Shown: one piece after another, positions 26,146 through 39,145 of the stretch
How the letters are laid out: each line of letters opens with the position of its first letter
Numbering within the stretch: the first letter of the stretch is position 1
NCBI GenBank assembly: GCA_051294905.1
Contig: CM119372.1
Coordinates: 5,086,001-5,150,000 of the forward strand
Length of the DNA: 64,000 nt
Reading direction: 5' to 3'
Origin: Botryllus schlosseri
Lineage: Eukaryota
The notes under the pieces: model-generated
Told to the model about the DNA's origin: nothing
Databases searched by the model: none
The model's input: the letters and a program-made list of their open reading frames with translations, nothing else
Made by a program: the position numbers and the translations under genes

Positions 26146-29100
26146 ATGATGTATATCGCCCTGCTACTCATTCTTTCCAATGATATCGTAAATGGCGAAG
26201 GCTTTGATGATTGCCGTACCGGTAAATATTGGCATAATGCCTACGCAGAGGTTTGGGTGTTAATCGTTAGCGTGTTGCGTACATTCAGGTGAAAATGGTT
26301 CCGTGGAAATAGTGAATGTTACTACAGCGGTAGTTATATCGATCGTAAATCAGACCAACGCGAGTGCGTATTTGACATACGAGTATGAGTGGGATATCGT
26401 AAATAAGGAAGGTGAGTGTCACATTTCAATCAGCTTGCCGTGTATCTATACATTTATTAAGGCCCTATATACAGCCATTGCAAAACGCAAACTGGCATGA
26501 ACTTACATCAAATATTTTCTACCGCTGATCTCCCGATGATAGATATGAAGACACGGTAAGGGTTCGTACGAGTGAATAATTGCCTTAATAATAATTGCCT
26601 ATAATACAGAGTGGTTGGAAAATGCCTCACTACTGTAACAACAATGGGTCACGTTTTGGAGTTCAACTCCAGAATCCCTTTTTAAGTTCGTGGAGGAGGG
26701 TTTTTTAAAAGGCTCCTCATCGCTATCCAATACTCAACTCTTACGCGGTGCCGTACAAAAGCCTAGAAAGAAAGAATGTGAGCATCTGGTCGCATGGAAG
26801 ATTATTATCAATCTTGTGTAAAATGACCATAAAGATGTCGATACACCATGCAGCCTACTATACAGCAACAACAACAACAACAATAACAACAACAACAACA
26901 ACAATAACGATAATAAGATCACCATGAACACAGCCAAAGTTCTGATTCTTTAATGATTTCCAGGCATGCAGTCACGTCGTCACGTCATTGCAAGTATGAA
27001 GTTGACCTTGTACTAATCCAGAGGCTCGTGTAGTATTTTAATTGATGAAGATTGCAAGTTTGCTACTAAATATGGTGATCAACTAGTTCTACTTGTCATT
27101 CGGCCTTCACCGTGGAGGGCAGGGGTGGGGCAAACTACGGCCCGCAACGCCGTTCTGTACGGCCCGGGAGATATATTGATGAAATGCGTACTAAAAATCG
27201 AATTCATGCAGCGACTTGATTACACTTTTATTGGTATATTTCACCATGATACTTCTAAAGGCAGTGGTTCTCAAACTGGGGGTGCGCCCCCCGTGGGGGC
27301 GTGAAACCTTCTGAAGGGGGACTAGAAGCTGAGCTCGATTGAAAAGTTTTTTCGCGCTCTGCGCGATTTCCTTACCATTCATAATTTTTGCTCTGCATTT
27401 CTATCATCCGCAGTCATAACCTTACATGCCATTAAACTATCCGTAAGGTTTGCCAGCATCCTGGTTACGTTTTGTGATATAACGATAAGGGGCGCGCGAA
27501 ATCTTTCACCACAATAAGGGGACGTGTATTGAAAAGTTTGAGAACCCCTGTTCTATGGTAAATACTTCTTGTATTTTTTTATGTTTAATTGCTGACGTGA
27601 CAGCCCGATCTCAAGGCCCATAAAGGTTTCAATTGCTAAACATCACAGAAATCGAAAACGAGATTGACATAATTCGGATGACGAGTGTGATTTCAGATTG
27701 GCCACTCCAATTTTAATTATTTCAGTGATGTGCTAATAAAAAACAAAACGATTCGCCCGTGTCTTAGGTAGATTTGTTCTCTGTATGCGTAGAATTAGGG
27801 TATTTATATTTTATCTACACATAGTAGAGGCGTGTTTGAAGCTAACATGGTTATGATGCTGTCAGCATTGTGTGTCCTGGAACAGAACCAAATGTGGAAT
27901 TGGTAAATCTATGAACAGATCGCTGCTCACAGATTTAAATTTCAACCCTGTTCTAAGAATCGGGACAACCGACTTTCATCTCTAGTTTTGAAAAATTAGT
28001 TATTGAGGTCCACCATCCTATGAAATCTTGCCACTGTTTCTGACGCTATATATATATAGTCAAATACCAATATTGCATTATGGTTTATAATCCCAATATA
28101 TATATAATCAAATAGCAATATTGAATTTTGGTTTATAATCCCAATTTTATATAGTGCGGCCCGCAAATGGATTCAGATGTTGAATGCGGCCCGCGAACTC
28201 AAAAGTTTGCCCATCCCTGGTGTAGGGGTTGACACAGCGGGCCAGTATTATGCACTATGGTTTGGCCAGAGTTTTCACGCAAGATGTCCTTCCTACCTCA
28301 ACCCGAACTATTTGTCCGCGCTTGGTGCAGGCGCTGAATAGAATTTTACTCGTTAGTAGCTTTGTTGTTGCAGTCGCCGATGGAACTTGAGCCACATCTG
28401 CATGCTTATAGAATGATGACACTAACGGAGAACTCTATATAGCTGTCATCATTCATATGTCATGATTCATCATTTAATAACAGGGATACAATTCGATGGA
28501 TTTTTGTACAAGTTGGAAGCCACAACATCTTTATACTCGGATTTGGAAGATTATGATTATGCAACGTAAGCTTGAAGATGTTGTCGTAGGGATGGTGTGA
28601 ACGTGAGGTTCACGTTCGTGTTCTGTGTGTGAACCTCGGAAAATTTGAGGTTCGCGTTCACAACAGAACCTTGGTAGGTTCTGCACTGTGAACCTTTTTC
28701 ATATATTGCTATTTTCACTTCAAATTTATGGACTTTCAACTGCGGGCCACTCTATGCATGGGGCTGGCAGCATAAACATTCAACACTAAATGAGCATTGA
28801 GCATGCCCTTGACAATCTCAAAAATTTACTTGTATTGATACAAAAGTTTGCTCGAAATATCCAGCCATCCGTTTGTGCATGTTTAGTGTCTGTGATGTGA
28901 GCTTGACCCGCAATCACATGACATCAAGAGCGAAATACACTGTATTTTGTCAGCAAATGATCCTTATTCAACCAATCAATGAGATTGATATCGTCTTCTG
29001 TTGTAAAAATCTAGCAGGCGTACGGGGTCAATCTTGACTACATTGTATACTGTATCATAAAAACCAAATTCGTGCGACTGGGGTGTTGGCTATACTGCTG

Positions 29101-32100
29101 TATAACTTGTTAATCGGTAGAAAGTATAGAAACCCATTTTGCACTCTGCTCAATATTCGTGGCAATACTCAGACGCCGAATACATTGTCCGATCAGGTCG
29201 AAATTGTTGGCAAAGCGACGCAAGATAGCCTACTGACTTTATGGGATTATTTTATCATTTGATTGCCCAGTTGATACATTTGGCGACCTTTCAAACGTCA
29301 ATATGTACCTAAGTACTGAGCTATTATGTGGCTCCGAGTCGTCGCTCGGTATCAGTATACAGTAGATTAATATCGGCAATCACCTAATTGAAATATGGGG
29401 TTTAAATTAGCAATATGACGTCACGTGACGTCATGAGGTTCACGTTCGTGTTCACACAGAACCTTTCAAAAAGGTTCACGTTCACACGAACCTGAACCTT
29501 TCAGAGGTTCACACCATCCCTATGTTGTCGTCTGTCATTCGTTTATATCTTGGCAGAAATATGAATTTTTCTACGCAGTGACGTAAGAACTTGCAATGTC
29601 ACAAGCACAAACGAACTTTGGGCGACTTCAGAAAATGGCACCTCCGTACGCTGCCAAATGCCATGTACACGATACTTTCCGGAATTCCCGTCAAAATGCC
29701 ACGAGTCAGACTCCGTGTGTACTTTGAGAAACGAGAGAGGGTTCCGTCCTTTACATAAGGTGAGATTTCTGGTTTCTGACAATTAGAAGCACCGGTGGTG
29801 ATGTGGAACGATCAGGCACCCTGCCCGAAGAAATATCTTATTTTATCATATCGGTCTGGCCTAGGATAGCGAGAATCTAGACCAGTGGTCCGTAAACAGG
29901 GCTTACACGAAGTCCAGGGGTACGCTGATTCAGTCTAAGCGGTTCAGCGGTGGTCAAGACACACCCCCAACACATATACTAGTAGTGATGACACGCCCGT
30001 TTGGCCATCATTGACTGCAGGTCGCAATCAGTATGGTCGAATCGTTGCAATTCGCATCACGCTATTGCGGGGCACTCTTTCAAGGTGAAGCCTTGCATTT
30101 CCGAACTGGTAGCAGGAAGATTTGTACCGCGCTGCATTGATTTGCAATTACTTTTCTTTGTGATAATCATGTTTTAATGATTTTATTCTTTTAACATGGT
30201 TATTGATTCACAATTCATTTTGTTAGATGATGCAAGACTACTGCACGTCGTTTCGATGCAGTCCTATTTTTTCATTCAATTTTGTGGTGTTTTGAATTGA
30301 TAACAATGTCAGCAGTATTATCTAGCAAAGCATTAGATATGTAATGTGGTGGATATATATTTTTGTTATTCAACGTAACGGTTCGCCACCTCAGTAAAGG
30401 TTGAGAAGTATTTCATACCTGACTCTTTGACAAAATGCAAATGACTTGACGGGAGATCATTGCAACAATCTCTCGATTGAGAATCTATAGAGCACGCCGG
30501 AAGTATTAGGTATCGAGCTGCCGCACAGGCTTACTTTTTCCCGAAGGAACATCTATTATCCAGTAACGTCACTTATACTGAACGCTCTACACTACGACAA
30601 GCAATCCAGTAGAGGTGAGAGCGTGGTCGCATAGAATGTGAGCGATAAAATCGAACAGTTATTGGTCTCATGGGTCCAGGCAAATAATAACCAAGGTATT
30701 GTTTAAGGGCCAAAGAACAGTTCTGGTGGCTGCAGATTTTGGTGAAAAGTATGTTTTTAAATTGTATGCATATCAACACTGGGCGATTATAAGCGAATAT
30801 AAACACGATGAAATCACGATTTTCTGCAAGGATGAGTTGATTACTAAAAGAGGATTCGCGGAAACTGAAGCAAGCAAGCACTGCCGCAATGTGTCAACAG
30901 CGAGCAGTAAGTCGATGAGTGCCGCTACGAGTTTACGAGAAACTACAAGATATTGTTTTCAGATCCTTCTTTGATTTCTGGTCCTGTGGCTAATTTTTAC
31001 AGCGACAGTGTCCGTTACGATATGTCTTCAAATACAGCTGAAGCTATATTTCGCTGGAATGAGCCATATGACATGTCCCTAAGTTCCCCACCTATAAAGG
31101 AATATGCGGTTTCTGTCTCGCAGGGCCATTGCGAGATGTCATTCATCGTGAGTCTTTCAATATCATCACCTTCTTATTGCTACTTATAAATTGTAGCATA
31201 TTCGGTTTTTGTCCATGCCGTTACTTCTATGTCATAAGGAAGTTCGTATATTCAGTGACTACTTGGCCTGCCTATTGCCCAAACCTGTTGCATTCTACTC
31301 TTACCCAGGGTTGTGTTTAAAACAAAAAATCAATTTAAAACAAACATGTTTAAAACAAGGCCATCATTTAAATCATGTTTTACTGTTTTTCTTCAAGCCA
31401 CGACGTCACGAATATTCAATTGCGACATAATAGTGGATTGATATTCACAATTTAAAATATAAGGTCAATATAGCTCCTTTGACGAAATAGGCTTCCAACC
31501 CCTGTAATATACGGACCAAAAATATCTTTAACCAGGACTACATCGTCTTGCAGCATTTCACTGTCGGTGGTCATCATCATTGGAACATTCAGTCTGTACC
31601 ATTGATCTATATCTACCTACTATAGCTGTTGAACCGACTATTTCGAGGGTTCCAACTATCGCATATCGTATACGCGGCTATATCGGGTGGTAATCGCCGT
31701 CCGTAGGCTCACACAACATGTGTTTGGAAAGAAATTACACAATTATGACATAATTATAAAACATAAAAAATGTTTTTTATTTTTAAAAAGGCCTTTGTTT
31801 AAAACACTGTTTAAAATATGTTTTAAACAAAGTGTTTTAAACAACCATTTGTTTTAAATGCAACCCTACCTATACCCAACACCATAAGCGTACTTAAAAT
31901 TATTGTTGCGCAATCAAATACTGATTTGGAAAAACCGCACATAAAATTATGCTTAGTTATCAAAATCTGCAATTGAGTTTTCAAAATCACGCACCTGAAT
32001 CATTAGCTCATACACATAGAGAAGAAGCCGATCTGACCAGTGACAAGAACTTGGTGTTCTTCACTCTATGTCACCAGTCTTCTTTATGTGAACTTCGTCA

Positions 32101-35100
32101 GTGAGAACTAGCAGTAATAAATATTCCGTAATATAGTCTTGAAACCGTAATTATCGTTGATTCAAGTATTACTCTTATTGGAACGAGGCACATAATTTCA
32201 GTCGTTGAAAAAACCCTCTCTCAATACTCGACCTGACTCATTAGGCCCTGCAATTAATACTCTATAGGGATTCGAGTATACGCGAATCATTTTGCCACAT
32301 ACTTGTAATTATAGCAACTGTGTCATTCAGATTAGATTGTGCATTCCAAGCATTATTTTCCGAATATTTATGGGTGCCGTCTAGGATGCCGCTGGCGGAG
32401 CGAACGACTCATACTTTAACGTAACGATCTCGGAAATACAAATTGGGCGTCCAAATACCATATTCGTAACGCCGACCAACCCTGAGGGTCAAAGGGGCGT
32501 GAAGTATGCTCATGAATTCACTATACCAGGTTTCAGTTATTCTTTTATTATTGATTTACTCACTTCATTCTGTGAAAGCCTCACATGATTTCGAACTAAC
32601 GCGGTAAGAAGTCCATCCCCACACCTGGAAATATAATGCAATACCGGTAAACTCAAACCCCTGCGAACGATAATGTTGTCGTTCCGTATCTACAGAGATA
32701 AACGCATGTCGAGATCCATATCGGTATTGCCATTGGTTCGCCGATTGCGTGGATCACGCGGGTGATGACAAAACAGTGGCAGCATGTAGGTGCAAACCGG
32801 GGTATGATGGCAATGGCGTCAATTCCTCATTCAGTACGGGCGACGGATGTACAGATTTCGACGCCTGCATAGCCCTTGAGGTAGCCGTATGCGATGATAA
32901 TGCCAAATGTGTGGACAATCCTCCCCCGTCAAAGACAGCAATGTGTGTTTGCGGGTATGATGGTGCGTCTGCCACATGTAGATAAGAACATAAGTGATCA
33001 TATACGTTCATTATAGGTCAGGATTTTTTGGTGATGGCAAAAGAAAAGGATCTGGTTGTAGGAAAATTTCGTCGATTGTCCTTCCGGCGTTGGGTGTACC
33101 TATGGGTCTACTTTCACTGTTTACTATTTACTGCTGTGTGAAAAGACTGCGACACATAAAGACCGGGTATGGTATAAGTGTGAACTTTTAAGCAGCTGGA
33201 AAGTACAGTAATCCCTGTAACCAAGACTTACATATATTGTGACAAGTTAAGAATTACTAATGCTGAAATATTTGAAGACGAAAAAAGTTTTCAAAATTCT
33301 TTGCATCGACGGGTACGAGGTACACTTGCCCCCTGGAATATGACGTACAAAATCAGAGCAATACTGCTGGAGTCTTTGGAGCTACGTACGAGCTTCGTCG
33401 AGATGCGATTGAACGAAAAGGTATTCATGAATAGCTTGTGTGATATGCGTGATATAAAGACTCTTCGTTTATTGCAGGAGTTTTAGGTCGCGGAAATTTC
33501 GGAGTCGTGTACAACGGTGCACTAAAGACAGAACGCGGGACCGTACCAGTTGCAATCAAAACTATGGCAGGTCGGCCGCACTTTCTTCATTTGCAGTATA
33601 CGTACACTACGTAAAGCATCGCTAACAACCAATTTATAAGTCCTTACATCAAATTATATTACGAACACAATGAGAAAACCCATAATCTGATTGGCAGAAT
33701 AATTAGGCTCGTGTGGACACCCACACTCGCATTCACTGAAAAGGTGCAAACCTTGATTTTAGTCGCCGAGATCTCGTATATATGTATTATTAGGTATGAA
33801 ATCGCGCCATACGAAATATGAGAACAGTTTCCTAATATGATAGGTCAGTAGATGTCATGCAAGAGCCATTTTATTGTCTCGTTTATAGGTCTGCAGCTGC
33901 ACTCTGCACTCTGCATGCTTGATTGTAGCTGCAACTATGGAGTATGACATTATAGATAGGCTAACCTCCGTAGGTTAGCTATATATAATGACATACTCTG
34001 TACTGCAACTGTCTCAATCTCGCCGAAGAAATTGTAGACCACATTCGAATCGTGGACTCAATACTGCTGAACTAATCAATTTAGCAACCTAATGACTGTC
34101 ACTGAGTTTCGGGGCTGCAAATTACATGACTATACCCTCTTCATTAGGCAGCTAATAGTTTTGCCAGGTTATACATAATTACAATACTCATAAATTGGTG
34201 ATTTACCGCCTCGGGATGTAAAAGTATATGGTCTAAAATAGAAATTCAGTGTTGAAAGCAGTGATTGCGTCATTGATGACTGGCAAGATGCCGTTTTAAT
34301 TAGTAGCGGAACGACTGAAACTTGCTACGCCAAAAAGTTTCACTGCCGCGTTACAGAATAAATCAACGTCAAACAGGATTCGGATCGAATGCGAAAATGC
34401 GACAGAGCAGCTTAATCCTATCTCATTTGCGTATGCTTACATTGTGGTGAGAAACGTGACGTATAGGTGTTATTTTAAGGAGACACAAACTTGATCTATC
34501 GATACCACCCGAAGATGACACTGGAACTATAGCCTCTTTTAACCTGCCATACGTTTGCAATCATTGAACATGAGATTGGTATGTGAGTTGCTGATATAAA
34601 AATTCATTGTGTGTTATGAAAATGCAATCAGAAGGACCGTGTCATCGTTCCCTAATTATGTGACCTCGAGTTTCTTGTCGCTGCAGACCAAAATTGTTTT
34701 CGGAATGTGGAATGATGAATATTGTATGTCAATTTGATAAAGTTGTCGGACGGTGTGGATGCGTTTATTAACATGCTGCCGACGTGATTTTCCCATAATG
34801 TTGATGATTTCCAAAGAAGTTCTCGGTTCCTAGCAAGTTTCCTTTTTTCTGACTCAAGATTAAGGAGGTTCGCATGCCAAACACTGACGCAAACTTATAC
34901 TTATAGGTCTCGGCATCCATGTAGCCAAACGTACCCTTCATCCGAGCGTACTCATCAATAACAACAACAGTAGTAACACATCTGGTTCACGTATGTATAT
35001 ACACGAGCAGATAATAGCGCGCACGGCTACGTAAAGGGAATCAGGGATTAATATCAAATAGTATATAGTTCGTCGATACGTTGACGGACTCGTTAATCGT

Positions 35101-37295
35101 ACGTCAGCCCGAATAAGACATCCGTTAGTTTACGTCATAGTAACGCTGCATAGAGCCGCTACGACGCAATGATAGTCGCGGCCAGACCATAAGAACAGAT
35201 TGAAGGAAACGAATGTGGAAACGCAGGGATCGATATTGTGCACAGCCGTAAAGCGGTTAGATAATATTTGCATTCATGTGTGCTTACTTTAGAACCGCGT
35301 AACCGCGAGACCGAAATGGAATTTTTGGCAGAGATCGCCCTGATCATAAGTATAGGACAACACGAAAGTGTACTGGGTCTCATCGGATGCTGTACTTCTG
35401 GTCCTAATCCTCCATTTCTCGTCACGCAGTATATGAAGTACGGTGATTTACTTCACTTCCTGTGGGACTGTCGAGAGGTTGGTACTGCAGACATTGTTTT
35501 CGCGCGCAAAAAATCAAATTTTTCAACAATTGCCCATTGAAATTAAGGAAAGCAACAGAGCTCGCCAACAAATTTACATATTCACGGAAGGGAATATTTA
35601 CTATATCGCGATGCAAGTTGCGAGCGGTCTTGAGTACGTTACTGGATTGAGGATCATTCACGGCGACATCGCAGCTAGAAACATCCTCGTAGATCAGGTG
35701 ACTTGATTCACGCGATCTCCCAACTATATGCCTACACTATACAGCGGGGTTTCTCAAACTTTTTTAAACTACTCAACCTTACTTCCTGAAAATAATGTTG
35801 CCTTCATAATAAGTAGATCATACTGGCTCTGTTAGCACTAATCAGAGATCTACAGTAGGCTAGGTTGTAACTTTCATTACTGCGGCAATTGAGTAGTGCG
35901 GAGCATGGACCGGAGCCGGATTGGATATCCGGCCGGAATTTTTCAGTTTTGGCCGGTGCCGGATCGGAGCTGAATCAGTCATTTTTCTGATACGGCCGGA
36001 TCCGGATCAGTACATTTTCTTGACACGGCTAGAATCTTTATTGATGAGCATGACTTTTGTAACTGAATAACTATCAACCAACCAATCACACGCAAGTGAC
36101 CGCCAAGCCAGTGCGGAAATAAACGTGCCATATTGATAAATTCACGGTACCACCGTACCGTGTAGGGCGGAGCATGGGCCAGAGCCGGATTGGATATCCG
36201 GCCGGGCTTGTTCAGTTTCAGCCAGAGCCGCATCAGTACTTTTCCTGATACGGCCGGAGCCTGATCGGAGTCGGACCAGAGAATTTGTCGATCCGCTCCG
36301 CACTACAATAGAGACACATATATTCACTACAGTTAATGTGTATGAGGCGAAGAACGTTACACGGCAATGTAAAAGTATGGTGGTTTAAGCCTTAATTAAC
36401 ACTGCAATTGGTAAGCTTAAACATTATGTGAAAGCATGGTGGTTAAAGACTCAATAAACTCTGCATTTATTCGGAAAGCTTAAATGTTTTTCTCGAATTT
36501 CAGCCAACCGGCAAAGTCGCTGCTGCTGAAAATTTTCACAGCACCAGTAAAATTAACGTACTAGCGCACCCCCGAAAGCTCTCCCACATACCCAGCTTTA
36601 GAAACACTGCTATACAGGAATAAGAAGACTATTACAAATCTCTCATGGTGCAGGGACTGAAGTGCAAGATATCTGACTTTGGATTGGCGAATGACGTATA
36701 CAGGTACGGGATGGTAAAAAACGCCAGAGAGAAGAAAGTGCCAATGAGATGGACTAGCCCTGAACGGATGCAAGCCGGCATGGTACCCATCACATGGCGC
36801 AGCGACGTGTATGACACAAACATAACTGATGATGCAATGAATCCATAACGCAGAATTCTTGGTTATTTTAGATGGTCTTTTGGTATATTATTATACGAGA
36901 TGACCACGCTTGGAGCGAATCCGTTTTCTGAAATACCGATTCATAACTTGTTTGAAAAGCTTTCGTCTGGATACAGAATGGAGAGACCATCGTCCTGCAG
37001 TCCGTTCTTGTGAGTAAAATGCATATATTACTCCAATGAACAGTGTCAGACAAATACAATGCTATGAGGCATGGTCCTATTGAAGCATCTGATGACCTCA
37101 AGTCCCTTTAATAGGTCTTGGACACTAGGTCGTTAATCGACGGTTTGCTTCCACAGGTACGACATAATGACAAAATGCTGGGATTGGGTCCCCTCGAAAA
37201 GACCAACATTCAAAGAACTCAGGCAAATTATGCAAAATGCTAAAACGTACACAGGAGAGAATTACGAAGACATCATTTCGCCAGTTGTTACTTGA
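26146..37295 (+). CDS. STYK1: Receptor tyrosine kinase of STYK1/NOK type with signal peptide, FN3-like region(s), 2 EGF-like domains, TM helix and kinase; 16 exons, ~804 aa
   Basis: Exons: 26146-26221 (MMYIALLLILSNDIVNG signal peptide), 26289-26411, 28484-28565, 29579-29759, 30696-30906, 30963-31147, 32385-32529, 32696-32954 (EGF x2), 33017-33166 (TM IVLPALGVPMGLLSLFTIYCCV-KRLR), 33278-33420, 33478-33570 (LGRGNFG..VAIK), 35293-35477, 35548-35697 (HGDIAARN), 36654-36808 (DFG..WTSPER), 36872-37009 (DVWSFGILLYEM), 37157-37295 (CW...RPTF, TGA). Lengths sum to 2415 nt in one open frame. Kinase, EGF and TM exons are high confidence; N-terminal exons are moderate. Confidence 0.85.
26863..26915. repeat. 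(AAC)n microsatellite
   Basis: caacaacaacaacaacaataacaacaacaac; a shorter one lies at ~50559-50579. Confidence 0.85.
27120..28219. mobile_element. Non-autonomous hAT with a nested element at ~27262-27550
   Basis: Ends caggggtggggcaaact/agtttgcccatccctg; TSD gtggaggg/gtgtaggg (7/8). Inner element cagtggttctcaaact..agtttgagaacccctg. Confidence 0.8.
28587..29522. mobile_element. hAT-type MITE (TIR TAGGGATGGTGTGAAC), full length
   Basis: 16-bp TIRs, perfect TSD tgttgtcg, and gttcac/gtgaac subterminal repeats. Confidence 0.92.
31306..31868. mobile_element. MITE with tttaaaaca repeats (cagggttg..caacccta)
   Basis: Inverted ends agggttgtgtttaaaac/gttttaaatgcaaccct; TSD degenerate. Confidence 0.65.
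35745..36609. mobile_element. Non-autonomous hAT with nested MITE 35894-36305 (TIR TAGTGCGGAGC)
   Basis: Outer TSD ctatacag is perfect; inner TSD caattgag/caatagag; internal ccgga repeats. Confidence 0.82.
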
Positions 37296-37959
37296 GCACC
37301 TGACGAGCAGAATGGGTGCATTTTGATATGTACGCGAATATGCGATATGTTCGGGCAAATTTTAACTTGGCACATTTTAGTGCACGATAGGACATGTCAC
37401 ACTACGTTGAAAATTGAAACTTAACAAAATGGAACCTTCAATACCATGTTTTTAAACCGAAGGTAGTTTCACGCATGACTGAGTTTGTATCATTCGAGTT
37501 TCAAATGGACAGAACTTTATCATGCGATATCGCAAGGAACTCATGGCATCGCCGTTTTTGGTGACGAAGACTTATCTACATGCTATATGTTTGAAACCTT
37601 CATTGCTTGTAAACGCGCTACGTGGTTTAGTGGCGGAAAGTGCATGTATAAGGGCCGGATTATAGCACTTATGTCAGCGAACCATGAATAAATCTCGAAA
37701 ATTGAAGCCAATCGAAAGACACGAATGTAATTTTCCGATGCTAATTACCGATGAAATGTATTATACACTGTGGGGGTTGGTCCGCCGTTCCATTAAACAC
37801 CAGGGGTTACCGCAGTGGTTCCCAACCTTTTTCCACCCACGTACCATTTCAAGGTTTTATGCAGTGCTCGAGTACCACCTACAAAAATTACGCGCGCCGA
37901 AGACAGTCCAAAAATGTTTTCACCATGTTGAGCTACCGAAAGTGTTATTTTCTTGATCT

Positions 37960-39075
37960 TGTTTGAACAATAACTCATACGACGAGGTTGCAATATGAAA
38001 TCAGTATCTTATCAGTAGAATAACTTAAAGGGAGCGACACGATCCAGAGTACAGATAAACGAAAGACCAGCAGACAACAGAACACAGGGTATAAATACGA
38101 AGCACGACACACGAGGAAATAATGATTGACGTTAATTACTAATCCTCGACAAATAAGAGACAACGATACCAACGTAAAATGCACGAACATAACAGTCCTC
38201 CCCAGTAAGTTAGGAGTACAAGGCAATTTACGTTGGCCGATAGGAATCAGTTTGTTTTCTAATTCTAAGCGGATAACGTTTGCCCGACGTTCGAGCAGGA
38301 CTAGCTGCAGGACGTTGTGCCCTATGCCTGCTGACCAATGGTTGCTCATGCTCAGCTTGTGATTGCTGAGGCTGAGCAAATTCCTGTGTGACTATATCCC
38401 TAGCAATGGAAATCAAGCGTGGCTGGAGTTGGTTTTTATGCCTTATCCAATACCCATGATCTGTTTTGACAATGTACAACACGCGTCCCAGTATTTCCGT
38501 CACAACGCCAGCAACCTGTTTTGGTCCGCGTCGGTAACTGCGAGCGTAAACCGACAAACCAATCTCGAAATGAGTGATTGATTGTCTAGGAGTAACGGGT
38601 TTCGAATTTTCGATATATCGTAAGGCGAGCTCAAACGTAACAAATTGCGCGGCTGCCGACCATGCAAAATCTCAGCAGGCGTTTTCCAGTCTATGCCCGG
38701 GTGCGGTGCACATCGGTACGTAGCGAGAAGTGTTTGGAGCGCGAAGTTGAAATCTTTTCCCTCGTCGCAATTTTTTATCATTCTAGCTTTTAAAGTCTGG
38801 ACGAAACGCTCCGCTTTCCCGTTCGAGGCAGGGTGAAAACTGAAAAGACGGTGATACGATATGGCTGATTGCCAAATTCGAAAAAGACGTATCGAATTCA
38901 TTCGATGTGAATTGCGGTCCATCATCCGTGACAATTGTTACGGGCAAGCCTTCGATAGAAAAGACTTCCCTCAAAGCGTTGACTACACACAAGGTTGTGG
39001 TAGATCCGACATTCATCACTTTAACGAAAGGATATTTCGAATGCGCATCGACGATGACAAGAAACATTCTGAGCT
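37960..39075 (-). pseudogene. Ty3/Gypsy retrotransposon 3' fragment: frameshifted integrase, PPT and 3' LTR
   Basis: Three frameshifted segments: FLVIVDAHSKYP..VTDDGPQFTS, HPASNGKAERFVQTLK..TPAEILHGR, and VYAR..G.V...LG...Y.V....RHKNQL. The purine tract ggggaggac (38203-38195) is followed by a TG..CA LTR-like segment 38194-37960. Confidence 0.85.
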
Positions 39076-39145
39076 GAGCTACCGAAAGCAGCGAAACATA
39101 AAATAAACTGCCCATTTTAAGGCGCAGTATATGATTTCTGTAGTG

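Noticed and set aside
26543..26647. Possible micro-exons 26543-26555 and 26610-26647 of the RTK
   Set aside because: Together they preserve frame, but direct splicing from 26411 to 28484 is also in frame and reads better as an FN3-like strand; they cannot be supported without RNA data.
26734..26937. Minus-strand ORF with a poly-Leu signal-peptide-like stretch
   Set aside because: The poly-Leu is simply the antisense of an (AAC)n microsatellite in an intron.
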